63,360 bases of DNA, filler included, from Octopus bimaculoides (GCF_001194135.2; 6 parts of 6 records of this genome joined end to end with filler, not necessarily neighbours in it); one strand, 5' to 3'; counted from the whole stretch's first letter, positions 12,998 through 25,937 are shown. The notes: generated from the letters alone by a model not told the origin. Translations and numbers: made by a program.

Positions 12998-13175
12998 TTG
13001 ACTTTGGAGCATCAATGAGAAGGAAGATGACAAGAAGGAAAGAGACAATCCATATGATGGAGAGGATGAAGATTATGACAACTGGTTTCATGGTAAACTG
13101 CCATCCAAGACTGTTCATTATCTCAGCATCATTCACAATATTTTTCATAATGTTTGTGAATTCGTTGTGGCTCAC
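12998..13175 (-). CDS. TMEM268: Internal coding exon (178 nt, phase 0 to 1) of a TMEM268-like membrane protein, includes a TM helix
   Basis: Acceptor ctttttccttttttccag|GTG, donor AA|gtgagt; encodes VSHNEFTNIMKNIVNDAEIMNSLGWQFTMKPVVIIFILSIIWIVSFLLVIFLLIDAPKS, in frame with the 17908-18029 exon. Confidence 0.75.
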
Positions 13176-14264
13176 CTGGAAAAAAGGAAAGAGAGAAAAA
13201 TAACAACAGTTATACAAGAAAATAGTTGTGGTAGTAGTAGAAGTAATAGTAGTAACAGCAACAGCAGTTCTGGTAATACTGGTGGAATGCAAATTACCTA
13301 TATGCATGATATATGTATGATATATATATATATATATATATATTTATAACATGTGTAACATCTATGTGATAATGGAGAATGTTCCTCATCACTTAGCTGG
13401 AATTATATAACTTTTACCAAAAGAAAGCAATTAATAAATTCTCAACTGTCTAGAATTTTTTTTTAAATTCCAATTTTAATATATTTTTATCATAATGGGT
13501 ATTTTAATTTTTTTTTTTTAAACTAAATGATTAATTTTGATTTGCTGCTTGAGTTTTTTAAACTCTTAAACTGCAAGGTAGTTTTACTGCATTTACTGCC
13601 TCGCTGTCTTATGGTTTTCTCTCAACTCAGGGAAGAGGGGAGGCAGGTATACATCTACATTGTCACTAGTCCTGTGAGTGATTGAAGCCAAATCTTTCTC
13701 ATATTCTACCCCTACCATCTCAAACACTTAAAAATGCATGCACATGTTTTTGTGTCTCACTGTCTGAAAACTGGTATTGGTTTGTGCTTAGCAGTTAGGC
13801 AAAAAGAGACTGATATAATAAATACAAGATTTAAAATAAATACTGTGATAGATTTGATTAACAAATATTCTTCAAGGTAATGCTCTAGAAGACCTAAAAT
13901 CAAGTGATCAATTCAAATAAAAGACTAAAATGTTCAAGATAAACTCATGCTTAATATATTTCCTTCGGTAAGATATGAACCAATGTGTACTACAGCATGG
14001 AATGAAAATTCTTCCACTCTAAAGATGGAATAGTCAGCTATGTTATGGAAAGCTTATCTTTGTTTGCTGAGGAATGCACCATATGCACAGCTATTCTAGA
14101 AACAACTGCAAGAGACAATCTGCACACCTTCTCACTCCTTTATTTACATGACACATTCTACTCCAAAATCTCTATTGTAACAATTCCACAATTATGTTTA
14201 AATTATAAATTTCATGCTCTAAACTGACACCAACTGTTTGCCTCTTCATTCTTTCTTTCTACTG

Positions 14265-15842
14265 TACAGGGCCCATAAGATATTTGAGGACAGATTTATG
14301 TTTATAAAAAAAAAAAAACAGATATATAATAACAGATAATAACTTTATCAAAAAATGCTATGAGGATAAAAATAAACCTTCTTTTCTATAACGTTATTCA
14401 ATAAAGCCACCTTTGGCTTCAACAACTGCTTCTATATGAGATCTAAAACATCTACATGCTCAAATCAAGTGGTCCTCATTCATTTTGTACATTACTCTGA
14501 CTATGGCAGCTTTCAAAGAATCTTTGGTGTTATGGACCTCTCTCTCAACAACGCTCCATATGTAATAATCCAATAGATTGAGATCTGGGGAATTAGGAGG
14601 CCAAATGTTAAGGGTTATGTGATCATGAAGATTTTCAGCCCTCCATTCCAGTGTTACAAGAGCCATGTGTGACTGCATTCTTACTGAAACACATATGGCC
14701 TTCCATTGCATACACTGTCTATCCAGGGCTTAACAATTGTTTCCAGGACCTCAATGTAGGTGGCAGAGTTAACTCTAAAGCCTTGTGGAAAGAAGTAGGG
14801 AGGCATCACATGTCCTTCATTGTTGACAACCCCCAAAACCGTGACAGTTGCAGGAAATTTTGTATGCATAACACTTGGAATTTCAGAAGGGTCTGCACAT
14901 AACCATCTGTCATTTCTTCAGTTAACTTTTTGATCTTGATTGATGTTTTTCTCGTTTGAGAAAAACCAAATCAAATCTTCTGCTGGATTTTTCAGTTTGT
15001 TTAAGGGCCTTTCAGATCTGATGTAGTGATTTTCTTTTGCTTTTTCTGACAAATTGACCTTTCCTCATCCTATAAGACTTGATGGCATGTAAAAAGCACC
15101 ATCCGAATGTGGTCTATACCAGTCCAACCACTCACACCCCCGAGTGGCTCCTGTGCTGGTGGTACATAAAGAGCACCATCTGAACATGGTTGATGCCAGT
15201 GCCATCTGACTGGCTCCCGTGTTGGTGGCATGTAAGAAGCATCCACTACATTCTCGGAGTGGTTGGCATTAGGAAGGGCATCCAGCTGTAGAAAACCTGC
15301 CAGATCAGATTGGAACCTGGTACAGCTTACTGTCTTGCCAGTCCCTAGTCAAACCATTTAATCCATGCCAGCATGGAAAGCAGACATTAAACTATCATGA
15401 TGATGATCATCATCTGATGTCTTTGTGGACAACATTTCTGACTGTTCCTTCTGACACATGGAGATCTTTTACAATTAACCTCATAGACTTTCTGGGATTA
15501 TAATCAATGGTCTGTTGAACTTGCTGGATAAATTCAGGTGTTCTGATGATTTCAGAACATTGAGAATGCTTTTTTGCTTTGATACAGGTGATACATTTCC
15601 ATCTTCAGTCATTAGCTCTTTATAAACTTTGTAGACGAAAGATCTGGCAATGTTTAAGAAACTCAAGATATTTCTAAATCACAATGCTCACAATAACCAC
15701 AATAACAGCATGCCTCTTCATTTCTTGAGTAAGCTCAAAGTCTGCCATTATTATTTTCTGAAACAGAGATTATACAGAGTTAGCAAAAAATGTAGCAATT
15801 ACCCAGAAAAAGTATATCCTCAAATACCTTATGCACTTTGTA
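14265..15842 (-). mobile_element. Tc1/mariner DNA transposon with degenerate TIRs and pseudogenised transposase
   Basis: TIRs TACAGGGCCCATAAGATATTTGAGGACA (14265) and TATCCTCAAATACCTTATGCACTTTGTA (15815-15842), 22/28 identical; fragments WPPNSPDLNLLDYYIWSVVERE, GHVMPPYFFPQG...YVFQ and N-terminal ARSFVYKVYKEL. Confidence 0.9.
15075..15410 (+). mobile_element. SINE/RTE-type 3' tail inserted inside the Tc1/mariner element
   Basis: TGGCATGTAAAAAGCACC repeats, GGCATTAGGAAGGGCATCCAGCTGTAGAAA and CCATGCCAGCATGGAAAGCAGACATTAAA ending in a (GAT)n tail; interrupts the transposase. Confidence 0.75.
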
Positions 15843-16009
15843 TATATACATACATATATTTAATTTAACTCCTAGACTTCTTTAATTGGAAATATCAAAA
15901 TAATAGTAATCTGTTCAATGCTTGAAGAAAATTGTGAATATGAATGCATTGTCTGAAAGGGTATTGATAATACTTTCTGTATTAAAGAAAAAATGACAAC
16001 TGTACTTCT

Positions 16010-16860
16010 TGGCAGTTTATAGGAGAAAGTTTTTACAACATTTCTTGTAGACTTGCATTCCTTCAATACTTTAACATTTCGTTCTTTATTCCCCAGCTTA
16101 AAGCTACATATAGCTGGCCATACTAGAATAATGGTTTCTCTAGATAAATTAGGACATTCTGCATGGTATATCCATGTACTTTACGGGGAAGAGCTGAAAA
16201 GTCCTTGGCTTTGGGTAAAGGAAAATATAGGAGGATCAGTTAATTATGATTTTATTTAACATATTTCCCTCTCAAATTCACACACTTATTGCAACGGTCT
16301 TCTAGTTTTTCTATGCCCTGTAAAAAAAACTTGGAAGGTTGGCCTCCAGACAGGCCTTTCATGATACCTTAAAGCCAGGAACTTTTCAGCTCCCCTCGTA
16401 TGTACAATCATTGTAAAACATGGCTGTATTGGGAGATAGATCTGCTGAACAGGTACATCATCATGAGAAGTATTGACTTTAATTCTAGGAATCATGACAT
16501 TGTCATTTTTTAATGCACCAACATTGATCTTTGCTATGATTAGATTCTTGTGCATTTCTTGTACAATCATCCATGTTTCATTGCAAAGCTTTGAATCATC
16601 TTAGATTCTCATTGAAATTATGAGGGATCATCTCTTCAATTTCAGTTTATGCAGTGGTGATCTGGCTTGTTCAAGTTAACCAAGGAATTCTGAAGGAAAG
16701 TGTGTGGTATTAGCTCATTCACTCATGGCATTGAATGAACAGAATTCTTTCATTGTTCCTGGGAAACAACTAAAAGCTTGTTGATGAATTGGTAGTAGTA
16801 TTAGAGCATCAGAAAAACATTGCTTTGTGGTATTTCTTACTGTTCTGGGTTCAAATCTAA
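16010..16860 (-). mobile_element. Helitron Pif1-like helicase C-terminal remnant
   Basis: LCNETWMIVQEMHKNLIIAKI...VMIPRIKVNTS...LPIQPCFTMIVH[K]VHGYTMQNVLIYLEKPLF*YGQLYVALSW matches LCNGTRL...FPIRPCFAMTINKSQGQT...VFSHGQLYVALSR. Confidence 0.85.
16182..16400. mobile_element. Mariner-derived MITE (~220 bp) inserted at TA in the Helitron helicase
   Basis: TIRs TACGGGGAAGAGCTGAAAAGTCCTTGGCTTT / AAAGCCAGGAACTTTTCAGCTCCCCTCGTA; removing it rejoins the helicase motif. Confidence 0.85.
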
Positions 16861-16874
16861 TCAACATTGATTTA

Positions 16875-17034
16875 GGCACAGGTGTGGCTATATGGTAAGA
16901 AGCTTGCTTCCTAACCACATGATTCCAGGTTTAGTCCCATTGTGTGGTACTTTGGGTAAGTGTCTTCTACTATAGCCTCAGGCTGACCAAAGTTTTGTGA
17001 GTGGATTTGGCAGATGGAAACTGAAACAAGCCTG

Positions 17035-17082
<48 letters not shown>

Positions 17083-17300
17083 TTGTGTCTGTGTTTGTCG
17101 CCCACCACCACTTGACAACTGGTGTTGGTGTGTTTACATTCCTGTAACTTAGCAGTTTGACAAAAGGGGATGATAAAAGAAGCATCAGGCTTAGCAAAAA
17201 CTTTAAGTATTAGGGTCAATTCATTCAATAAAAATTCTTCAAGGCAATGCACCAGTATGGCCTTAGTCTAATGACTAAAACAAGTAAAAGATGAAAGATA
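16875..17300 (+). mobile_element. Full family A SINE with internal (TG)n
   Basis: Head, internal microsatellite and right arm all present. Confidence 0.9.
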
Positions 17301-17907
17301 AAAGATTAGCTCATTCACCCATGGTACTGAATGAACAGAATTCTTTCTTTATTTTTGGGATCAACTAATACATGCTGAATTGATTTTACTCATTTCATTC
17401 TGATGAAACAAGATATAATTCCTAGAAAACAATTCCACAGGATTGTTGAATTTTAGATAGATGAAATCAATGTAATAATAATGCATTAGAGAAATCGAAA
17501 CAAAGCAACACAAACTTAATAAGAGTTTAAAAAATTAGAATAATGAAAATTTGAACTGTAAATAATATGTAAAGAAAGATATAACTCTCTAAAACATGAA
17601 ATGATACATAATCTATGCAAAATAAATAACGCTATTTTTTCTATCACCTTTTTCTGTCATATTACTCTAGATTTCTTCCCACCTAATAATGTAAGAAAGA
17701 AAGAAACAAATGAACAGCACTTGTAGAAATGAGAAGGAATGTGTGTGGGAAAGAGAAAGAAGAGGGAGGGTGGGAGATTAATAGAAAAAGCAAAAGAAAC
17801 TGAAACAGAGATGAAGAAATGTATACCACAACACACAACACTTGCCATCTCACAAACACAAGTATACACTTACACACATACACTATACACACTGATTCAA
17901 CACTTAC

Positions 17908-18029
17908 ATTAATTCCATGACAGCTGAGAGGTGTCGGAACAGTTCCATCATAGTCAAAGACTAGAGTTGCCTTCCACTGGCCATTAATTCGGCCAGTGAT
18001 TGTTGCTATCAACTGACCATTTGACAAAT
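17908..18029 (-). CDS. TMEM268: Internal coding exon (122 nt, phase 1 to 0) of a TMEM268-like protein
   Basis: Acceptor ttcttgtatttttacag|AT, donor AAT|gtaagt; encodes (D)LSNGQLIATITGRINGQWKATLVFDYDGTVPTPLSCHGIN, resembling recalled human TMEM268 ELHNGQVLTVL...ISFDLG...LQTWGIQ. Confidence 0.75.
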
Positions 18030-19383
18030 CTGTAAAAATACAAGAATATTTACATTTTAGTGAGATGAAAACAAAACCCAGCAAAAGGCAGAAGAACTGA
18101 GAAGAGTGAAAAGTCATAGAAAAATGGTTAGACAGGACTCATTAGCCTTGGTTGACAGTCTGTCTAAGAGAAGGAACAGCCTGATTTAAAAACTGGGGTA
18201 GATAGAATCCCTTAGTCACCTTGGTAACAACCTGTCAGTGGCCAACTTTGTGATGAAGGCAAATGAGGCATGACTCAATAGCCAGATTCCAAGTAATGGT
18301 TGGATATGGATATGGGGCCCATACATGTCATGAGGATATGGGGCTGACCAATGCCATGATAAGAACCATAGACATCATATAAATGACAAATGTTCATGGT
18401 TCCCAACACTCAAAAAATGAGAATGGGGATAGTCTCAACTTATGGGTAGTAAGAGCTCGTCAGTCTTGGTTGGCAATCTTTCTAGAGATAAAAATTCTAT
18501 TGATAAAAATACTGGGCTGGTAGCTAACCTGAAAACACAAACCTCAATATTAAGTGAAAATGTCCAATACAAATATAATGAATAATGGTGTTAATTAGGC
18601 TGGAACTAACAGTGAAAGTCTTTTGCCCATGCTGGTGCCCTGTGGCTGTACAGCACAGGCCTGGTCATCATCCAGAGACTACTGAAACTCAAGGTCAAAG
18701 GCAGAGAAAATGATGAGACAAGGAGGTGAACCAAACTGTAATTGAGTACTGGAGCAGAAGTGAATCCAATCAAAGGGGATCTTTAAAATGCAGGAAATTA
18801 AAATGGGATGAAATAGAACTCTTTGAGATAAGTGAACAATGCTTAACTGATCAGGCAAGAGTAATAAGAAAAGATGGGTAGTTAACAGGCATAGAAATTG
18901 AAGAAATAAAAAGGGAAGTAGAAAACAATGATAGCATTGCACCAGGAGAGAGCATACCTATTGAGGACAAAGAAATGAATGGTGGCAGAGAAAATGAAGG
19001 GCAAGGTATAAATGCATTGTCAACAAAGGAAGCAGAAGTAATGGGAAGGGCCATATTGCAAGGATATGAGGATGATCAACAACACATAGTGAGGACAATG
19101 TATCGATATATAAGAGAAAACCAGGATCAAATACCTCCCAGTCTGAAATATGTAGACAGGTGTAAGCTAAAAGCAGAAACCAAAAGTATAGATTTTGTTC
19201 CTTGACTATTTCAGATGGGAAATATAATTGAAGCCACAAGATTGTCTGAGTTGCAGCAAAGGTTGCCATGGAAAGAGTTGGATACAAAAGAACAGAACAT
19301 AACGAAAAGATCCATATTAGCATAGACAGATTTGTGAGAAACAAACAAAATTTAAAAAGGGATTTGGGACAAGATGATAGATC

Positions 19384-21341
19384 TTAACCCCTTGACAACG
19401 GTTTTTATCAAGCAACTAGATTGCATCAATGGTAATTGTCTTGGCTGAGATCAGCAATTAGAGTGTGACAATGGTTTGGTGAATATTTACGTCAACTGCT
19501 TTAACCAGTTTACGGCAAATGTGAGTTCATGACATACATGTCAACTATATACAAGAAAAGTTTTTTGCACCATTTCACAAATTTTCTCACCGATCTGTGT
19601 GTCATCGCCAGCTGTGTGAAACAACAACACTCAGTTTCATTATGGCATTACCATCCACATCTTGTTCCCTAGTGTCCTTCATGCTTGCAGAATGCACTGT
19701 GGATAACATGTAGGTGATTTTCTTGTCCCATCACACTACAGCGAGAATGCCACTATCAGTGCAGCGATACACTGTTTCCCCCTTTCGAAGTTTTACTTTG
19801 TGAAGAATGGGTGGCATTAGTCCTCCTTGCCTGCAGCTGCAGGAAAAGGTCTCTACTGGAAAACCAGTTATCCATATAAATATTGTAGCCTTTGTCAAAC
19901 AAGTTTTCATTCAGTGGCAACATGACATTAGTTGATGCTACAGTAGATGCTGGAAGATCCAATCTGTCCTGACCAGTGTAGATTTTGTAATTCCACATAT
20001 ACCCACAGGCTCTGCTAGTTGACTGGCATATCTTATATACCTTGATTCCAAAGTGGGCATATTTGGTTGGGTTGTATTGTTTGAATCAGAGCCTTCCCTT
20101 GAATTTCCACAATCTCTTGTCTGTACAAATGTCCTGTGAGGGGACATACACCATTCTAAAATTCTCAGCCACTTTGTCAATGATAGGACATATTTTGTGC
20201 AGCATGTCATCCAGGTTCTCACCTGAGTTGAAATGTAGATCTGGAAGAAGCAACAAAAATTGATCATGTGGCATTGTTTCCGGAAAGAAAGGCAGAAAAA
20301 TGGCTGGATTATGATTCCAATGACACTAGAGTCAGTTTCTATATGATGCCCGTCAGTATTAGAAGGACATGCAGAACTTTGATTTTGTCCCCTGTGGGTG
20401 GAAACCAATCACTGCCATGCCCGGATCTGACATGCTGGGGATGGTTTTCAGCATAGTCATTTGTTTCATCCATTATATATATGATGATGATGATGATTAT
20501 ATATATATTGAAACATTTCATCCATCAAAATCTTGTGGAATATTCCCAATGGCGAGCTTCCAGGTTCAAAGTTTGCCTTTATGCCAGACATACCAGTAAA
20601 CCCATGCCATAGAATGGAATTGTCTCTTGCTCACCACATGATATTCTGTTGTCCAGGGCCATTTGCTGCTGCCTGTACCTTTGATTCACTGGAATATTAA
20701 CATAGCTATTGGAATTGTCTGATTCTAAACTAGGAAAATACTCATTCTCCAAGTCATCATCAGATTGGTGAGGTGGTGGAGTTTGGTGTAGTCTGGCATG
20801 ATGACTGTAAATTCGACTAAACAAGACACGAAGACAAAACTGACTGAGCCAGAGTGGCAGGAAATGACGACAATGCTGATGGAAGCGGAAGTGGCACAAC
20901 ATGACAAACACAAAAAAGCTGTGATAAATACGGCGAAGCTGGTGTGGTGGAGCGTAATGACGAAGCTGGTGTGGTGGGACATGACCATAAATTATGTGCA
21001 GGACCAGAAGATTCAGCTACAGCAGAATCCCTCCGTGCACTGGCAGTATGAGATGATGAACGTAGATTGGTTTTGAGCTGATTGGAAGCCATATTGCTAA
21101 TGTAGTATAATCACCAAAACTACAGCTTATATGAGAATAAAGCCTACTTCTGGGTTGTAAATATTTATATGAAATATAAATATCAGTTGGCGTATCAGTT
21201 GGCAGGTGGACTGGTACTAACTAAGGTGATATGTTCTAAGTTAGGCAGCGTATAAGTAAGTTGTCCGATTTAAAGTACGTTGACCGATTTAAAGCATGTA
21301 CATTGTGCACGTAAATTTACGTCATGTTTTAAAAGGGTTAA
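19384..21341 (-). mobile_element. piggyBac (PGBD4-like) transposon, TTAA-flanked, pseudogenised and 3'-deleted
   Basis: TTAA at both ends with short TIR (CCCTTTTAAAAC vs CCCCTTGACAAC); IMDETNDYA...LLILTGII, LHKICPII...YVPSQDICTD...WKFKGRL, YKIYTGQD...GYNIYMDNWFSS. Confidence 0.9.
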
Positions 21342-21740
21342 AGAGGGTAAGCACAGAATGAAAGTGTAAAAATACAACTGAAAAGAATACATAGAATAAG
21401 AGATAAAGGATATGATGTGGTATTGGAAGAATTGAAACAAAAGTAGTAACAATCAAGGCAAAATTGGAAAGACACAACAATAGAACAAAACAATCCAAGT
21501 AGAACAGATTGTTTGAAGGCAATCAGAGAAAACTGTCTTAGGAATTAGATGAGTAATTACATCTAACATTGGTGCCTAATGCAGATGAAAGCAAAGTTTT
21601 TGTAGGGGAGGAATCTGGGATCAACCTGTAGAGCTTAATGATAATGTGAAGTGGCTGCATGAAATTGAAAATAGATTAAGAAATATACAAGTTCAAGACA
21701 ACACAAGAATAATATAGTTCTATATTTAAGAGATGAGGAA

Positions 21741-21834
21741 TTATGTACATTATTTACATGGAGGGTATATCAGCCGAAACGTGTTAACAACAAGATGAGG
21801 ACAAATATCCGTCAAATGTAAATAATGAACATAA
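21741..21834. mobile_element. Penelope-like inverted terminal fragment inserted in the LINE
   Basis: 19-nt inverted arms (21741-21759, 21816-21834, one mismatch) enclosing GGAGGGTATATCAGCCGAAACG. Confidence 0.6.
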
Positions 21835-23325
21835 GAATAAATACAGAAAAGATTAAAAAAAAAAGCAGATAAGTAAAATTATAATGGGAAGAGTCCAGGG
21901 CTGGACTGTGTCTAAGAATATTGGATGAAGAAGCTGAGAGGGCTCCATGAATGGATAGTAGAAGAGCCGCATAAAGGCTTGCAGTAAGGCTCAGGACCCA
22001 GTTGGATGACAAATGGAAAGATATTGTTATGTGTCAAGGAGCTTGAAAAGGGTAACAACGTATCCCCCTTCCAACCAATAATCTGTCTTCTGCTAATGCG
22101 AGATGCTTTGGCCAGTGAATTGTATTGATACTTAAAAAAATGTGAGCTGCTACCGAATGAATAAAAAGGGTATTGAAAGAGGAGCTGGAAAATGAAAAGT
22201 CAGCAATTAATCGACAAACTAATCATGAGAAACTTCAAGAGAAAGCACGCAAATTTGAGCATGGCATGGATTGATTATTATAAAGCATGTGATATGATAC
22301 CACACTCTTGGATTACAAGGACTATGGAAATGTATGGAGTAGCAGAAAACATGGGATGCCTTTTTATGAAATGTTGGAGAACTGAAATGACAGCAAGGAA
22401 TCAGAGACATCTAAGATATCTAACCCAAAGTGATGAAATCCTGCAAGTGGTAGTTAGAGAAGATGGCTTATTGAAAGCAGGAAAAAGAAAAGAACAACAT
22501 AAGAAGTACAAGAAGGGCATGAAGAAGAACTACTCAACAAGAGGAGTTAGGAGAAGTGAAAATTAGGAAGAACTTTCCAAGGGACAGTGTACCCGTATTA
22601 ATCTTTATGCTAGGAATGATTCCCTTGAGGGAAATACTGCAAAGTAAGGATATGATCTGGGAAGTGGCATGGAAAAGCTTGATCATCAGCTATTCATGGA
22701 TGATTTGAAGTTGTTCATAAAAACTGAGGCAGAACTGGACAGTCTAGTCCATTCTGTGCAGATTTTCTCAAATGTTATCAAGATGGAGCATGGACTTTCA
22801 AAATGTGCTTTGAAGACAATGAAATGAGAAATGTTTGTCAGAGTAGAAGGTATAGGTATGCCAAATGGTGAAATGATGAAGACAATTGGGTATTAATTGA
22901 TCCTTTCACCCACACGATTTTCACTAGGAAAAAAAAAAACTTGGATTTTTTGCGTGGAATCAAGTACCCTGACCTCCTAATATGCTGCAAACTCCTTATT
23001 TTCATTTGAAAAAAAGTGGGTGGGTGAGAACCCCCCCTCCATATCCTGGAATTATTGGAAATATTTCCTTTTCCATTCAATGAATTTTGGTGGCCTCCTA
23101 ATATGCTACAAAACCCTTTGGGTCTGGAAAACGGGGTGTGTGAGGTGGAAGCCTCGGAAATTTCACTCCCACCCCCATTGATTTTTTCACCTGCACGATT
23201 TTCACTAAGGAAAAAAAAATCAGATNNNNNNNNNNNNNNNNNNNNNNNNNNNNNNNNNNNNNNNNNNNNTTAATTAATTAANNNNNNNNNNNNNNNNNNN
23301 NNNNNNNNNNNNNNNNNNNNNNNNN

Positions 23326-23400
23326 ACAGGCAGACGGACAGGCAGACGGACAGGCAGACGGACAGGCAGACGGACAGGCAGATAGATAGATAGATAGATA
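23326..23400. repeat. (CAGGCAGACGGA)n minisatellite followed by (GATA)n
   Basis: Direct inspection. Confidence 0.9.
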
Positions 23401-23738
23401 ACGTCAGTTTTCTCCAGCAATCTCATATTATTATGCGAAGTAATTTCTAGATGTATTCTAATAAATGGCTATATTTACAGCTTCAAATATTGCTTTTGCG
23501 TTGTTTCTCGATGCACACTTCTGACTTTGCTACCACTTAACATGGGAGCGCCGAATATATATAGAAATTTTCACCAAATTTTAATAACTCGTGTCATAAA
23601 TGTCACTAGTATATTTATTTTTTTATTCAGCTTCTACTGATGACGTGACTTGCTGGTACTTTATATAGGACACGCTTAATCACAGCAATACACACACATG
23701 CACACAGTTGTAAATGTACACACGTATATGTATCATCG

Positions 23739-23795
<57 letters not shown>

Positions 23796-23999
23796 ATGTG
23801 TGTGTGTGTAGACATGTTTTCTTTTTTCACTCTGTCTTCTTCCCTCTGTTTTTTCTTCTCATTCCTTTGTGTAGAAGAGCGTAGGTTCGAAACGTCAAAA
23901 ACTTCTTCCATTTTGCTAGGTGCCAAACTAAGATACCTTGTTTGTTGTCTCTGACTTTTGCTGTTTGTTGTTTTAATTTTTTTTACAATTTTTGTAAAT

Positions 24000-24172
24000 A
24001 TATGGCATAGCTTTGTGGTTAAGAAGCTCGTTTTGCAGCCACGTGGTTTCGGGTTCAGTTCCACTGCGCGACTCCTTGTAGAAATGCCTTATGTTATAGC
24101 CCTAAGCCGACCATTGTTTTCTGAGTGACTTTTGTAGATGGAAACTATGTGGAAGCCCGTAGTATATACGCA

Positions 24173-24217
<45 letters not shown>

Positions 24218-24430
24218 TGTATGCCTTTGTGTTTGAATTTGTTCCTGCACCACTGTTTGACAACCTGTGTTGGACTTTCTACGTCCCCGTAACTTAGCGG
24301 TTCGACATAAGAAACCATGTAACAGAACAAGTACCAGACTTCAAAAATAGGTATTGGAATCTATTTGTTCGACACCCGTCCCATCCCACTTCCACCAAAG
24401 CGATGCCCCAGCATGGTCGTCTATCTATTT
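24000..24430 (+). mobile_element. Family A SINE
   Basis: Head, internal TG/GA tract and right arm. Confidence 0.85.
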
Positions 24431-25049
24431 AAATAACATCGATTATAACACAGATTATAATTACCTAACATTATAATTACCTAAGATTATAACACAGATT
24501 ATAATTACCTATTGGTCACTTACATGACACTGAAGCAAAACACTGAAACAAACTGGCTTCCCTCGTCTATAATGGATTGGCGCCCTATCCAGCGGGATAG
24601 AATCGTCTCTTTATAACTGTAAAAATCATAGCTGTTGTTATTGTTCAACCTCGAGTGGGAGCTTAATCAAATGCATCGCAGTCATAACCATCTGGTCTTT
24701 TTTCTTCAATTTTTTTATTTTTTTTGTCTGGAATAGTGTACCACGGATTAGATCATCGAATGTGTCCTTTTTTTTTTTAAGACATTGCTGTATTGTTTCA
24801 GGAAGATTTGGCTGCTATTAGGCAGCAAAACGAACGACGACGTAAGTGCTCCCTCCGTCGTCTCGTGGTTCGTTGTTATTTGAACGGTTAGGATTGTTGG
24901 GTTAAATTAANNNNNNNNNNTTTTAAGACATTGCTGTATTGTTTCAGGAAGATTTGGCTGCTATTAGGCAGCAAAACGAACGACGACGTAAGTGCTCCCT
25001 CCGTCGTCTCGTGGTTCGTTGTTATTTGAACGGTTAGGATTGTTGGGTT

Positions 25050-25480
25050 AAATTAAGTCAAGTGTTGCCGTCGTCGTCGTCGTGTCGTTGTTATTGCTGT
25101 TGTTTTGGTGGTGGTGGTGGTGGTGGTGTCCGTTACCTTGTTCTTAATGTAGTCGTGGAAGCGATGCTGTTGCTCTACCGTCATTGCTGTTGTCGGCGTT
25201 ATCGGGTCACTGCTCTTCTTTCGAGAAACAAGCCTTTCCGACCCAGCCGAGGATTATTCAGACAGTTGACATCGCCGCCATTGTCTTCTTTATAATACTG
25301 ACAAAATGTCATCTTCTCTTTCTTCTTGTTTTACTCTACGAAGTTTATCTCTAATTTGAGAACTGCTTGTAAGATTTCCTTGCCGGGTAGATTGAAAGGC
25401 CTCTTGTATTTTGCCATCGATGTAGTATAATCGAATTTTACGACACGGTTTTCGGTGACTTTACAGCTGTTAACTGTATT
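25050..25480. promoter_or_regulatory. CpG-rich island-like segment, possible promoter or first exon (minus strand)
   Basis: Dense CpG against a depleted background; minus strand has ACAATGGCGGCG (YY1-like) and a strong donor AAG|gtaacg near 25136. Confidence 0.35.
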
Positions 25481-25509
25481 TCCCCCTTCTACCATTTCTC
25501 CCTTATGTC

Positions 25510-25937
25510 ACCCCCACCTCTCTCTCTCTCTCTCGCTCTCGCTCTTTCTCCCTCTGTCTCTCTGTGTATCTGTCTGTCTCTCTCTGTTTCTCTCTCCCTC
25601 TCTCTGTTTCTTTCTCCATCTCTCTTTCACTCTCTCCCTATCCGTCTTTCTCTCTCTCTCCCTCTGTCTTTCTGTGTCTCTGTCGCTCTGTCTCTATCTC
25701 TCTCTGTGTCTCTCCCTCTCTTTTTCTCTCTCTCCTCTCTCTTTCCCTCTCTCCCTCTCTACCTCTCTCTCTCTCTCTCTCTCTCTGTATCTGTCTGTCT
25801 CTCTCTGTTTCTTTCTCCCTCTCTCTTTTACTCTCTCCCTCTCCGTCTTTCTCTCTCTCCCTCTGTCTTTCTGTGTCTCTGTCGCTCTATCTCTATCTCT
25901 CTCTGTGTCTCTCCTTCTCACTCCCTCTCTTTTTACT

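Larger units (their letters stand above)
18590..22890 (+). mobile_element. Long decayed R4/Dong-like LINE (N-terminal region plus RT), split by a piggyBac and a PLE fragment
   Basis: Fragments MTRQEVNQTVIE..., KGYDVVLEELKQ..., LVPNADESK, SPGLD, LSMAWIDYYKACDMIPHSWI, FQGDS and HQLFMDDLKLF (~22693). Confidence 0.9.

Noticed and set aside
24776-25056. Exact ~135-bp direct repeat either side of a 10-N gap, including an apparent GAC|gtaagt donor
   Set aside because: Typical unmerged contig overlap; the sequence is also part of a dispersed repeat.
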